From contig QIGT01000076.1 of the NCBI GenBank assembly GCA_003230835.1, forward strand, positions 1 through 48,112: a stretch of 48,112 nucleotides of DNA. Direction: 5' to 3'. The translations under genes were made by a program, and so were the position numbers. The stretch comes from Gammaproteobacteria bacterium (GTDB lineage Bacteria > Pseudomonadota > Gammaproteobacteria > Pseudomonadales > Azotimanducaceae). Below are positions 38,811 to 47,385 of the stretch, one piece after another; position 1 is the stretch's first letter, and every line of letters starts with the position of its first letter. A model generated the notes under the pieces. It saw only the letters and a program-made list of their open reading frames with translations. It had not been told where the DNA came from and did not search any database.

Positions 38811-39862
38811 GGGATGTAAGTTTGGCTAATGTTGGCTGGAAACCAGTTTTTCAGCAGCAATTGGCTCTGTTCCCTGACAATCTAGCGGTTGCCCGGGTTG
38901 TTGCGGTGCAACGCACCGGTCTTTCCGTAGCGCCTAGTGTTGGCAGTTTCACTGAAGTGGTCTTGGGTGGTAAATGGTTTGTTATGGAAGTCGAAGCACG
39001 CGCCACTGTTGGAGATTGGGTACTGATCGATCCACAAACAGGCGCCTTAGAACATGTGCTAGAACGACTTAGCCTGATCAAGCGTATGAGCGCAGGAACT
39101 GCGGGTGAAATTCAGCTCATTGCGGCCAATATTGATACCGCTTTCATCGTCACGTCTTGTAATAGTGAATTTAGTTTGTCTCGCCTAGAGAGATACCTGG
39201 CTGCTATCGTCGAAGCAGATATCTTGCCAGTAGTCGTGCTGACCAAGAAAGACTTAACCGACAATGCCGATTTCTATGTTGAACAAGTACGCAGCCTAGA
39301 TATGACATTGGCAGTTGAGGCTGTAAATGCGCTATCGGCAGCAGATGTCGATAGTTTGTCGGGGTGGTGTACCCAAGGTCAGTCGATTGCATTGTTAGGT
39401 TCTTCGGGCGTTGGTAAGTCGAGTTTGGTCAACACCCTATCTGGCGCAACGGTGCAATTGACTCAAGCCTCTAGAGGTGGCGATGACAAGGGACGCCACA
39501 CGACCACGAATCGATCTCTACATATGTTGCCACAAGGAGGGGTGATTCTAGACAGTCCGGGAATGAGGGAATTTCAAATCACGGACGCGCAAAGCGGTGT
39601 GAACCAGGTATTTGATGACATCGTTGAGTTGGCAAGTGCGTGTCGGTTCAATGATTGCCAGCATGATGCGGAACCCGGTTGTGTGGTACGGCAGGCTGTA
39701 GCCGATGGAAAGCTCGACGAAAGGCGATTGCAGAGTTTCTTTAAGCTGGCACGCGAAGAACAATTCAATCGAGAAACCACCGCCCAACGTCACACTCGTG
39801 TCCGCAAGTGGTCTAAGACAGTTAAACAGACTCTAAATACATCGCACAAAAAGCGAACTTGA
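38798..39862 (+). CDS. rsgA: Ribosome small subunit-dependent GTPase A family (start may be TTG 38807)
   Basis: IAANID, LTKKD, GSSGVGKSS, GRHTT, DSPG and Zn finger CRFNDCQHDAEPGC. Confidence 0.92.
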   Translation: MGLLRDVSLANVGWKPVFQQQLALFPDNLAVARVVAVQRTGLSVAPSVGSFTEVVLGGKWFVMEVEARATVGDWVLIDPQTGALEHVLERLSLIKRMSAGTAGEIQLIAANIDTAFIVTSCNSEFSLSRLERYLAAIVEADILPVVVLTKKDLTDNADFYVEQVRSLDMTLAVEAVNALSAADVDSLSGWCTQGQSIALLGSSGVGKSSLVNTLSGATVQLTQASRGGDDKGRHTTTNRSLHMLPQGGVILDSPGMREFQITDAQSGVNQVFDDIVELASACRFNDCQHDAEPGCVVRQAVADGKLDERRLQSFFKLAREEQFNRETTAQRHTRVRKWSKTVKQTLNTSHKKRT

Positions 39863-39929
39863 ACTCGTAATATCAAGTATCGACAGCTTTCCCTAAAACA
39901 CCTAAAGTCGCCGTTCTATAGAAGGAGCG

Positions 39930-41357
39930 GTGATTGAGTTGAGTGATTTAAAGGCGCCACTATTAACCCTGCAACCGGTATCGGTTACTCGCAAGATGGC
40001 AGCATCGCTACCCGGTCTTCGAAAACTGGCACAAAGCAAGGGTCTAAAAATTCACCATCTGGGCGCCGGATATCCGCATCCTGAGGTCACGGATCCCAGA
40101 GATTTTTTATCTCACCAGGCGGCTTATTTTGAACACCTAAAAATCTCTGAAGGTTTAAATGATACTGCAACGGTGCCTGAGTATTTGCGTGAGTCTTTTT
40201 CATACACCGACACCTTAGGTCCAATCTCGACCAGAACCGCCTTTGCTAATGTCTATGGTCGCGATTGGGGTGTTGACATTGACCCGGGCCAACTCTTGCC
40301 TACGGTGGGTGCTACTGGAGGCATTAACCTCATTTGTTCTTTGTTTGAGCGACCAGGCAAACCGGTAGCTTACATCTCTGACGCACCTACTTATGCCGGA
40401 TTTACTGCCCGAGTAGGCTTGTGCCAGCATGCTCGGATATTTAGTGTGGAAATGGATGTTGAAGGTGCCATTCCCGAATTGTTTCGCCAACAAATTCGCT
40501 GCGCACGGGAACAAGGCTATTTTGTACCGTTCTATTATTCGGTGCCAGACGGTCACAATCCTGCAGGCTTTTCGTTCTCCCAAAACAGAAGAAAAGAATT
40601 GTTGGCGATAGCAAAGCAAGAAGGCATATTGATTGTCGAAGATGCCCCGTACGTTTACATTAATTTTTCTGCTGCAAAGGATCGTCCCCAACCATTTTTC
40701 GCGATGGCGCCAGAACAGACGGTACATCTGTTTACCGGGTCGAAGATTGGTTTTCCGGGACCGCGGGTGGGTTTCTTATATTCCCAAGCGCAGCTGAGTA
40801 TTGCAAACAATGAAGAAGTGTCGTTGTCTGAAATGGCGCTTACCGAAGCCAGTTCAGACATGCTGTTCCAAAATCCTGCGGCGTTGAGAGGGTTTGAGGC
40901 GATGCTGCATGACGAGAATTTTGCTGAGATCGATAGTATGTGGTCACTGGCTGAAAAAAAACTGGTTGTCTATCGCGAGAACCGGCAGATCATGCTAGAT
41001 ACGTTGCAAGCCAGGTTAGGACAACACAAGGATCTGTTTTCCTGGACAATTCCTGAAGCAGGTTTCTTTACTGTGTTTACCTTTCATCACCCCGACGTAT
41101 GTACTGATGATGAATTTATTCACAACTTGGTAGCACAGTACGGGTTAGTGGTTATCCCGATGTATGATTTTTATCCTGCCGATGCCAAACAACGTAACCC
41201 TCGCGCGGGCTTGAACCAATTGCGCTTGAGTTTTTGTTTTAGTGAAGGTGTGGGTGAGCAACGCCGCAAAGATATGACCGAAGCAGTAGATGCCTTTTGT
41301 GTGGCTGTGAAGAGAATATGCGGTATTGATTCTGGCAAGTTGTTGAGTTCACGTTAA
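39930..41357 (+). CDS. PLP-dependent aminotransferase class I/II (MocR/ARO8-like, no HTH)
   Basis: HNPAG, IVEDAPY, GSKIGFPGPRVG and LRLSF. Confidence 0.88.
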   Translation: MIELSDLKAPLLTLQPVSVTRKMAASLPGLRKLAQSKGLKIHHLGAGYPHPEVTDPRDFLSHQAAYFEHLKISEGLNDTATVPEYLRESFSYTDTLGPISTRTAFANVYGRDWGVDIDPGQLLPTVGATGGINLICSLFERPGKPVAYISDAPTYAGFTARVGLCQHARIFSVEMDVEGAIPELFRQQIRCAREQGYFVPFYYSVPDGHNPAGFSFSQNRRKELLAIAKQEGILIVEDAPYVYINFSAAKDRPQPFFAMAPEQTVHLFTGSKIGFPGPRVGFLYSQAQLSIANNEEVSLSEMALTEASSDMLFQNPAALRGFEAMLHDENFAEIDSMWSLAEKKLVVYRENRQIMLDTLQARLGQHKDLFSWTIPEAGFFTVFTFHHPDVCTDDEFIHNLVAQYGLVVIPMYDFYPADAKQRNPRAGLNQLRLSFCFSEGVGEQRRKDMTEAVDAFCVAVKRICGIDSGKLLSSR

Positions 41358-41395
41358 TTTGAGCACCCCAGGTTGCCGTGTGGAGTTGCCACTTG

Positions 41396-42877
41396 TTAGG
41401 CCGTTTGTCCAGTGATCTTGTTCTTAGCCTCTAGTGCCTGGCGAATTTCTTCATGGCAGTCTTTGTCAATTTTATACTGACCATAAAAATAGATAGCACC
41501 TAGTACTGGCACCGCGGCGATAACGCCTTCAAATATGCCCAGCTCAAAAATTATTTGGGGATCTACTTCGCCGACCACCGCGTTGGGAGGAAAGCCAATA
41601 AAGTCTATAGCTATCCCGGCCAGTAAAGCGCCGACTCCGTTGGTCATTTTTGAGAAGAATGTTCGCACTGCAAAGAAAATACCTTCCTGGCGTCTGCCGG
41701 TTAGCACTTCTTGTTCATCGACCACATCACCAATTGCGGAATAGATGGAGGTGAGGAAGAGGGACCAGCCGCCATAATAAAAAAACCCCGACATTCCAAC
41801 GATGAAAAAAATGGCCGGTGAACCGTTTTCAGGCAGCAGCTCAAAGGAGCGCAGGAGAACTGGAGTTGCAGCCGAAAGCGCGGAAATTCCGACGCCAATT
41901 CGCATCGTTCCACTCTTGTCGAAGCGCCTAGTCATAGGCTCAACCAATGTGACGGCAACAAAATAGGCAACAATGGTGAAAAAAGGTAACAAGGCTAACT
42001 GGGCGGGTACAAGCTCCCAATAATACAATCCCATGTTGACATTAAGCGTCTCACGGATACCCGTCATGGCAGTCAGAAACACCAGCCCAAAGAACAACAT
42101 TCGATAATTTTTGTTGCTAAAGACGCTCAAGGCTTCGGTGATAAAATCGCGTGTTGAAAATTTTGGCTGGTCATCGGGTGGTTGAGCCAGGTACGGAATT
42201 TGGTCACGAGTGAGAAAGGCGGTTAAGAAAATTATGGTGGTGCTGAAAATGGCCACCGAGACCGCAAACGTACTAGTGTCCAATCCTGGCTTGGGACCTT
42301 CTGTAAAGAACACCGCATAGAAACTGAATGCCAGTGCGGAGGCTCCACAAAAGGTAAATAGAGTGTTATAGCGAAAAATACGCGTACGCTCCATATAATC
42401 ATCGGTAAGTTCAGAACCGAGTGCAATGTGAGGCAAGTGGTAACAGGTGAGGAAAAATTTTAACAAGCTGGCGAACACGAATAACCAAACCGCAAGAGCC
42501 CATTGTGTTGGTGAAGCCTCGTACCCTAGGAATGACCAGATCTCGCTGTTGGGTGCCAATAAAAATTCAGGCGGTACATAGATGAAATAAACACACGCAC
42601 CAAGAGGTAAGGCGGCGAAATAAATGAACGGATGCCGTCTTCCCCAACGCGATTTCCAACGGTCGCTGACATAGCCAATCAGGGGGTCAGAAATAGCATC
42701 GAGAACTAAAGAAAGAAATACGGCCAGGCCTACCAGTGTGCCGGGCATACCAAAAATGACCGTGTAAATAATAAAGTTAAAGCCGCTAAACGCCCAGATA
42801 ACGGCGCCTTCGGCCGCTCCACCCATGGCGAACCGCATCTTTAAGGATGTACTAGCCAAGCCTCGTGGTTCACGCAA
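41396..42877 (-). CDS. MFS transporter, GPH (glycoside-pentoside-hexuronide) family
   Basis: DAISDPLIGYVSDRWKSRWGRRHPF, ELTDDYMERT and TGRRQEGIFF. Confidence 0.92.
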   Translation of the reverse strand: MREPRGLASTSLKMRFAMGGAAEGAVIWAFSGFNFIIYTVIFGMPGTLVGLAVFLSLVLDAISDPLIGYVSDRWKSRWGRRHPFIYFAALPLGACVYFIYVPPEFLLAPNSEIWSFLGYEASPTQWALAVWLFVFASLLKFFLTCYHLPHIALGSELTDDYMERTRIFRYNTLFTFCGASALAFSFYAVFFTEGPKPGLDTSTFAVSVAIFSTTIIFLTAFLTRDQIPYLAQPPDDQPKFSTRDFITEALSVFSNKNYRMLFFGLVFLTAMTGIRETLNVNMGLYYWELVPAQLALLPFFTIVAYFVAVTLVEPMTRRFDKSGTMRIGVGISALSAATPVLLRSFELLPENGSPAIFFIVGMSGFFYYGGWSLFLTSIYSAIGDVVDEQEVLTGRRQEGIFFAVRTFFSKMTNGVGALLAGIAIDFIGFPPNAVVGEVDPQIIFELGIFEGVIAAVPVLGAIYFYGQYKIDKDCHEEIRQALEAKNKITGQTA

Positions 42878-42950
42878 TTTTTTGCTGCTCCATTCTAATT
42901 TTTGACACTTGTGGATTTTGTGTCGAAAGGTAGCACTCTAATTCGTTAAG

Positions 42951-42968
42951 TATACTATGTAAAGTATA
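42951..42968. promoter_or_regulatory. Palindromic candidate operator in a divergent promoter
   Basis: TATACT-ATGTAA-AGTATA. Confidence 0.35.
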
Positions 42969-43116
42969 TCGCTCTCGTTCGCCAACTAAGTTAAAACAAA
43001 TACCGCACCAGGTGCTGCAGAACGGACAACTTGCCTTTTGTGAAGCGCAGTGCTACCACACGCATTTCGCCCGTGTCAGTAACAGTGCTGAGTTCGATCA
43101 ATTATGGAGTTGTAGA

Positions 43117-44301
43117 ATGTCCGATATGAATGTCTTTAGAGCTGAAATTAGAGATTGGCTTGAAGCTAATTGCCCACCGGCCATGCGCACGCCCATGCCT
43201 GTAAATGAAAGTCCTGGTGGTGGTCGGCGGGCAAAATTTAACAATCCCGATACCAAAGTTTGGTTAGATCGTTGTGCAGACAAAGGCTATACAGTCGCGA
43301 GCTGGCCCAAGCAATATGGCGGTGCTGGTTTTGATAAGGCGCAAATTGTTGTATGGCAAGAAGAAATGCGGCGCATCAATGCACGTCCACCTCATGTTGG
43401 GATGGGAATCAGCATGATTGGTCCTGCGCTTTTAGAATTTGGAACTGAAGAACAAAAGCTGGAACACTTACCACAAATTGCACGTGGCAATATTTGGTGG
43501 TGTCAGGGATACAGTGAGCCAGGTGCGGGGTCTGATTTGGCAAGCTTACGCACGAGTGCGGTAGATGATGGTGATGACTTTGTGATAAACGGTCATAAAG
43601 TTTGGACGTCAGGAGCAAATTTTGCCGATTGGATGTTCTGTTTGGTGCGGACCGATCCTGACGCGCCTAAACATGAAGGTATTAGCTTCGTGCTGTTTGA
43701 TATGGAAACCCCCGGTGTGGGGGTCAAACCCATCAAGTTGATCAGTGGGCTTTCGCCATTTTGTGAAACCTTTCTTGATGATGTGCGCACCTCTAAATCT
43801 AACTTAGTGCATGAATTGAATAAGGGCTGGACGGTGGGTAAGCGGTTGCTTCAGTACGAACGCGCCTCTATCGGTGGCATCGGCGGCGCGCAAAAAAGTA
43901 AGTCGCTAGAAGCGTATGCGCGCGAGTATGTGGGTGTTGATGTTGAAGGCAAGGTCAGCGATGTATCGTTACGTGACTCGGTTCTACATCATCGCATGAA
44001 CGACAAAGCGTTTGCTTTAACCCTGCGCCGAGCATCACAAGAATCGGCAACCGGGCGCGCGCCTGGGGCGTTGTCTTCTTTGTTTAAATATTATGGTACT
44101 GAACAGAACAAGGGCAAGTACGAGTTGTTGCTCTCCATCTTAGGCACCCAGGCAGTGGGGTGGGGGGGCGACACCTTTGCAGAGAACGAACTCACGACGA
44201 CTCGAGCTTGGCTTCGTTCCAAAGCAAATTCCATCGAAGGAGGTACCTCTGAGATACAGCTCAACATAATCGCTAAACGTATTTTAGCGCTCCCAGACTA
44301 A
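43117..44301 (+). CDS. Acyl-CoA dehydrogenase family protein (paralog of 3016-4197)
   Basis: WCQGYSEPGAGSDLA, NGHKVWTS and SIEGGTSEIQ. GGAG RBS before ATG 43117. Confidence 0.93.
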   Translation: MSDMNVFRAEIRDWLEANCPPAMRTPMPVNESPGGGRRAKFNNPDTKVWLDRCADKGYTVASWPKQYGGAGFDKAQIVVWQEEMRRINARPPHVGMGISMIGPALLEFGTEEQKLEHLPQIARGNIWWCQGYSEPGAGSDLASLRTSAVDDGDDFVINGHKVWTSGANFADWMFCLVRTDPDAPKHEGISFVLFDMETPGVGVKPIKLISGLSPFCETFLDDVRTSKSNLVHELNKGWTVGKRLLQYERASIGGIGGAQKSKSLEAYAREYVGVDVEGKVSDVSLRDSVLHHRMNDKAFALTLRRASQESATGRAPGALSSLFKYYGTEQNKGKYELLLSILGTQAVGWGGDTFAENELTTTRAWLRSKANSIEGGTSEIQLNIIAKRILALPD

Positions 44302-44339
44302 GGCCTTTCTACCGCGCAGCCTCCTAGGTATCGCCTAAC

Positions 44340-45221
44340 TTAGCTGCGCTTTTGCTTTGCGGTCGCGCGCACCGCTTCATGTGAGCGTTTTAGCTTTTCT
44401 AGTGTAACTGCGTCCAAGTGAGCAATGCTCATGAAGTCATCTTGCCACCCATTGTCTTCTGTCCAAGACTGAGGCGACAGATGAGTGGTGTGTGGTGCTG
44501 TCGCACTATCAAACATCGATAATGCACCTTGCAACGTTTGTTGCTGCGATTGTGGGTCGCGAGGTTTACCGGCTGAATGTCCTAAGGGGAAATTACTAAA
44601 CCAAAAACGAGCGACGCCGGCGCTTTCAACAATGTCTTTAGCGCACCCCATGACTACCGTGGGAATGCCATTTTCCTCTAGATGCCGAGCGATCAAACTG
44701 ACCGACTGATGACACACAGGTCAGGTTGGAACTAGTAAAACAGCCTCTACCGCTAGTCGCTGGCAGTGTTCGAGCGCTTGTGGGGCGTCTTGTTTGATAG
44801 TGGTACTTTGGCTGCGATTGGTCGGTACACCAATGATCTCCTTGGCGAACTCTCCCACTAGCCCCGCTTTTTCTGCTGCAACTAAGGCTTCCACTGGCAG
44901 CCATGTTTTGGAGTCCTGTGCGAGACAGTGCAGCCGGTCATATCCGATATGCGAGATACGGAGGTCGGGGGTAGGGTCGATGGGTGCAGTGAAAACCTCA
45001 AAAAACTTAGCTTCTGCGTTGTATTTTGCGCCAGGACCTTGGTCGTCTAGATCCTCTCTGAATGGGGCGGCAGTTGTGATAAGGGCGACCTTACTTTGCG
45101 CTAAAGGTTTGCGCATGGGCGCGAAGGGTGCATCTTCAAAATTAGCCCATGCGTAGGCCGAGTAGCCCTGGGCTGCGTAGTAGGCTCTCGATCTGTTTAT
45201 GTACCCGATGTACTCGCTCAT
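44340..45221 (-). CDS. Glycine/sarcosine/betaine/proline reductase selenoprotein B-like protein, 293 aa, Sec at codon 167 (TGA 44723-44721)
   Basis: ORFs 45221-44721 and 44717-44340 are in one frame. Read-through gives VEAVLLVPT-U-PVCHQSVSLIARHLEENGIPTV. Also KPLAQSKVALITTA, ISHIGYD and FPLGHSAG. SECIS-like hairpin present. Confidence 0.9.
44682..44715 (-). promoter_or_regulatory. Candidate bacterial SECIS element
   Basis: Minus strand GTGTC..AG-T(bulge)-CGGTCA-GTT-TGATCG-CT..GGCAT. The apical loop starts 22 nt after the TGA. Confidence 0.72.
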
Positions 45222-45225
45222 GTTA

Positions 45226-45263
45226 TTGCTCCCCCCTCATTTCGTTGCTCCCCCCTCACTTCG
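45226..45263. repeat. 19-bp tandem duplication containing the RBS of the selenoprotein B-like gene
   Basis: TTGCTCCCCCCTCATTTCG / TTGCTCCCCCCTCACTTCG. Confidence 0.85.
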
Positions 45264-45379
45264 TGTTCTAGTGTGATTATAATTTCGTCGATGGGCAAGT
45301 GAAGGTGTGTTTATCCAGATGGTAAATTAGGTGACGAGGTTCCATACTGCCGGCTAAGTTTGCACAGGGTGGGGAAAAC

Positions 45380-46357
45380 ATGAAAATTTCGTCGACTATT
45401 AAGCGATCGGTGCAGGGTGTTGCTAAATACCTATGGGTTGTCGCTACGCTGTTGGCTGCCACCACTGTGGCAGCACATGATGAGCCCATGAGTCTTGATG
45501 AGTTGCGCGAGGCCTTTGGTTGGGATTTCGAAAAAATACAGATTCGCACGGAAAAAGTTGCTGATGGCTTGTATGTATTGTTTGGTGCTGGCGGCAATAT
45601 TGGTGTCAGTGTTGGCGAGCAGGGCGTGTTGATTGTCGATGATCAATTTCCAGAGATGATCCCAAAGGTGTTGGCGGCGATTCGAGAAATTGGTGGCAAT
45701 GGTGTCGACTTTGCAGTGAATACACACTGGCACTTTGATCATGCCGAGGGCAATCTGGTACTAGGTCCGGGTGGTACATGGTTGGTCAGCCAAGCCAACT
45801 CTCGACAAATGATGCTAGATGACCACGTCATTAACCTGGTGGCATTTGCTTATGAGCAGAAGGCTTATCCCAAGGCAGCGCTACCGGTCATCACTTACAA
45901 CGACACCATGCAGTTTCATTTCAATGGGCAAAAAATTGACTTGATGCATTTTGGTCCCGCACACACCACAGGTGATACTGCGATCTTTTTTCGTGGTACC
46001 AACGCGGTACATTTGGGAGACGTATTCAATCGCTCTGGATATCCATTCATCGACGCAGATAATGGCGGTGATTTGGCCGGCATGATTTCATTTTGTCGTG
46101 CCGTGCTGGGTGAAATAGATACAGACACTGTGGTGATTCCGGGCCATGGAGAGATATCCAACTACGCTGGGCTCGAACGCTATGTTGAAGTTTTGAGCGC
46201 TTTGCATGCGGGCATTAGCGAACTGGTCAAGGTAGGTAAGTCATTAGAAGAGGTGGTAGCAGCGAATTTAACTGCACCATACGATGATGAATTTGGTAAT
46301 CCGACGATGTTTGTCGACCGTGCCTATGCCAGTATCAGCCGGGAACTTGGCGACTAA
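45380..46357 (+). CDS. Secreted MBL-fold metallo-hydrolase (cyclase-like)
   Basis: Signal peptide ending TTVA-AH, THWHFDH, AHTTGD, HLGD and VIPGHG. Confidence 0.9.
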   Translation: MKISSTIKRSVQGVAKYLWVVATLLAATTVAAHDEPMSLDELREAFGWDFEKIQIRTEKVADGLYVLFGAGGNIGVSVGEQGVLIVDDQFPEMIPKVLAAIREIGGNGVDFAVNTHWHFDHAEGNLVLGPGGTWLVSQANSRQMMLDDHVINLVAFAYEQKAYPKAALPVITYNDTMQFHFNGQKIDLMHFGPAHTTGDTAIFFRGTNAVHLGDVFNRSGYPFIDADNGGDLAGMISFCRAVLGEIDTDTVVIPGHGEISNYAGLERYVEVLSALHAGISELVKVGKSLEEVVAANLTAPYDDEFGNPTMFVDRAYASISRELGD

Positions 46358-46420
46358 TCAATACCGTATGGCTAAAACTTTGTTACCTAGCTACGCCCTC
46401 CAGCTCAAGTAAAAAACGAG

Positions 46421-46645
46421 TCACCACAGTTCTTCTGGTAATCCGACCATATTGGGGATCGCAGTGATCACCATGGCACCTGCGGTCACTAGGGCTATGC
46501 CTAAGCTCGTCATGGCCAGACCGAAGGGTAGGTAAAATAGTAAAGCGAGTAGGCCGAGAATGACGTTTATCAAGCCGACCAGTAACCCGCTAAGACCAAG
46601 GTATTCGCGGTGTTTAACCTGTTGCGGATTCATAGCAAAGCTCAA
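46421..46645 (-). CDS. Small 2-TM hypothetical protein
   Basis: AAGGAG RBS before TTG and two hydrophobic helices. Confidence 0.6.
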   Translation of the reverse strand: MSFAMNPQQVKHREYLGLSGLLVGLINVILGLLALLFYLPFGLAMTSLGIALVTAGAMVITAIPNMVGLPEELW

Positions 46646-46958
46646 CTAAGTACTCCTTGTTTTCTCACAGAGGCTTGAGCTAACGGTTTAAGAGCGGTTA
46701 GGTTGACGTTAAATACTGGCAAATACTCCGTTGCCAATAATACTTAACCTCTAACAGATCTCCCCTGTGCCAAATATGATAACTTTCCAGCCATGAATTG
46801 GCTATAGGTCTTTGATTTAGTGTAACTAACACATGAGTTGGCTGTTGTAACGGGTTGCTTACAATCCTTTTACATTCGGATCAGAAAATTAGCATGCCAT
46901 TATGTGATACTGGTCTCAATGCAAATAGTATTGCTTGCTGGGCAGTGGAGATGTTGGT

Positions 46959-47312
46959 ATGAAATTTGGGATTTTTGGGTTTAAGGTCGCGGCCATCGCG
47001 TTATGTTTATCTTTTGCGAGTACTTCTTTTGCCGGTGAAGCACCGAATGGACGATCTTGGAGCGACTATGTTCGCCATGAGTTTCGTACAGACATGACTC
47101 GCTCAGAAAGACGTGCAGTACGTAGAGCTGCCAGACAGGATCGAAGAGCAGCATGGCGTGAACGAAGACTTAATCGTCATGCCGATCGAGGCGGAAGCAG
47201 CCGTGAAGTCATAGCAGTGCCTGAATTAGACGGCAGCATGGCATTTTTAAGCCTAGGTTTGATGGGCGGACTTATCGCTCTGTACAAAGAAAAACGCCGC
47301 ACCACCGCATAG
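46959..47312 (+). CDS. Small exported protein with a VPEID-CTERM-like (exosortase) sorting signal
   Basis: GGAG RBS and signal peptide ending SFA-G. Arg-rich core, then AVPELDG, a TM helix and KEKRR. Confidence 0.8.
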   Translation: MKFGIFGFKVAAIALCLSFASTSFAGEAPNGRSWSDYVRHEFRTDMTRSERRAVRRAARQDRRAAWRERRLNRHADRGGSSREVIAVPELDGSMAFLSLGLMGGLIALYKEKRRTTA

Positions 47313-47353
47313 GCCCTCCTCCCTCCTATCCGATGATGAAATAGACGATGATG

Positions 47354-47380
47354 AAAACCGCGCATTAGCGCGGTTTTTTT
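47354..47380 (+). terminator. Rho-independent terminator (target of the IIC intron)
   Basis: AAAACCGCGC-ATTA-GCGCGGTTTT followed by further T residues. Confidence 0.92.
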
Positions 47381-47385
47381 GTTTG

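Noticed and set aside
42872-42893. ATG at 42893 is out of frame with the MFS by one base across an A6 run (possible frameshift or phase variation)
   Set aside because: The GGAG overlapping that ATG is suitably spaced as the RBS for the in-frame TTG at 42877, so no frameshift is needed.
45380-46357. MBL-fold protein as a true beta-lactamase
   Set aside because: The HxHxDH motif is shared by the whole superfamily, and the sequence resembles the widespread cyclase-like group.
46717-46734. Sigma-54 promoter upstream of the CTERM gene (TGGCA...TTGC)
   Set aside because: The GG-to-GC spacing is 13 nt rather than the required 10.
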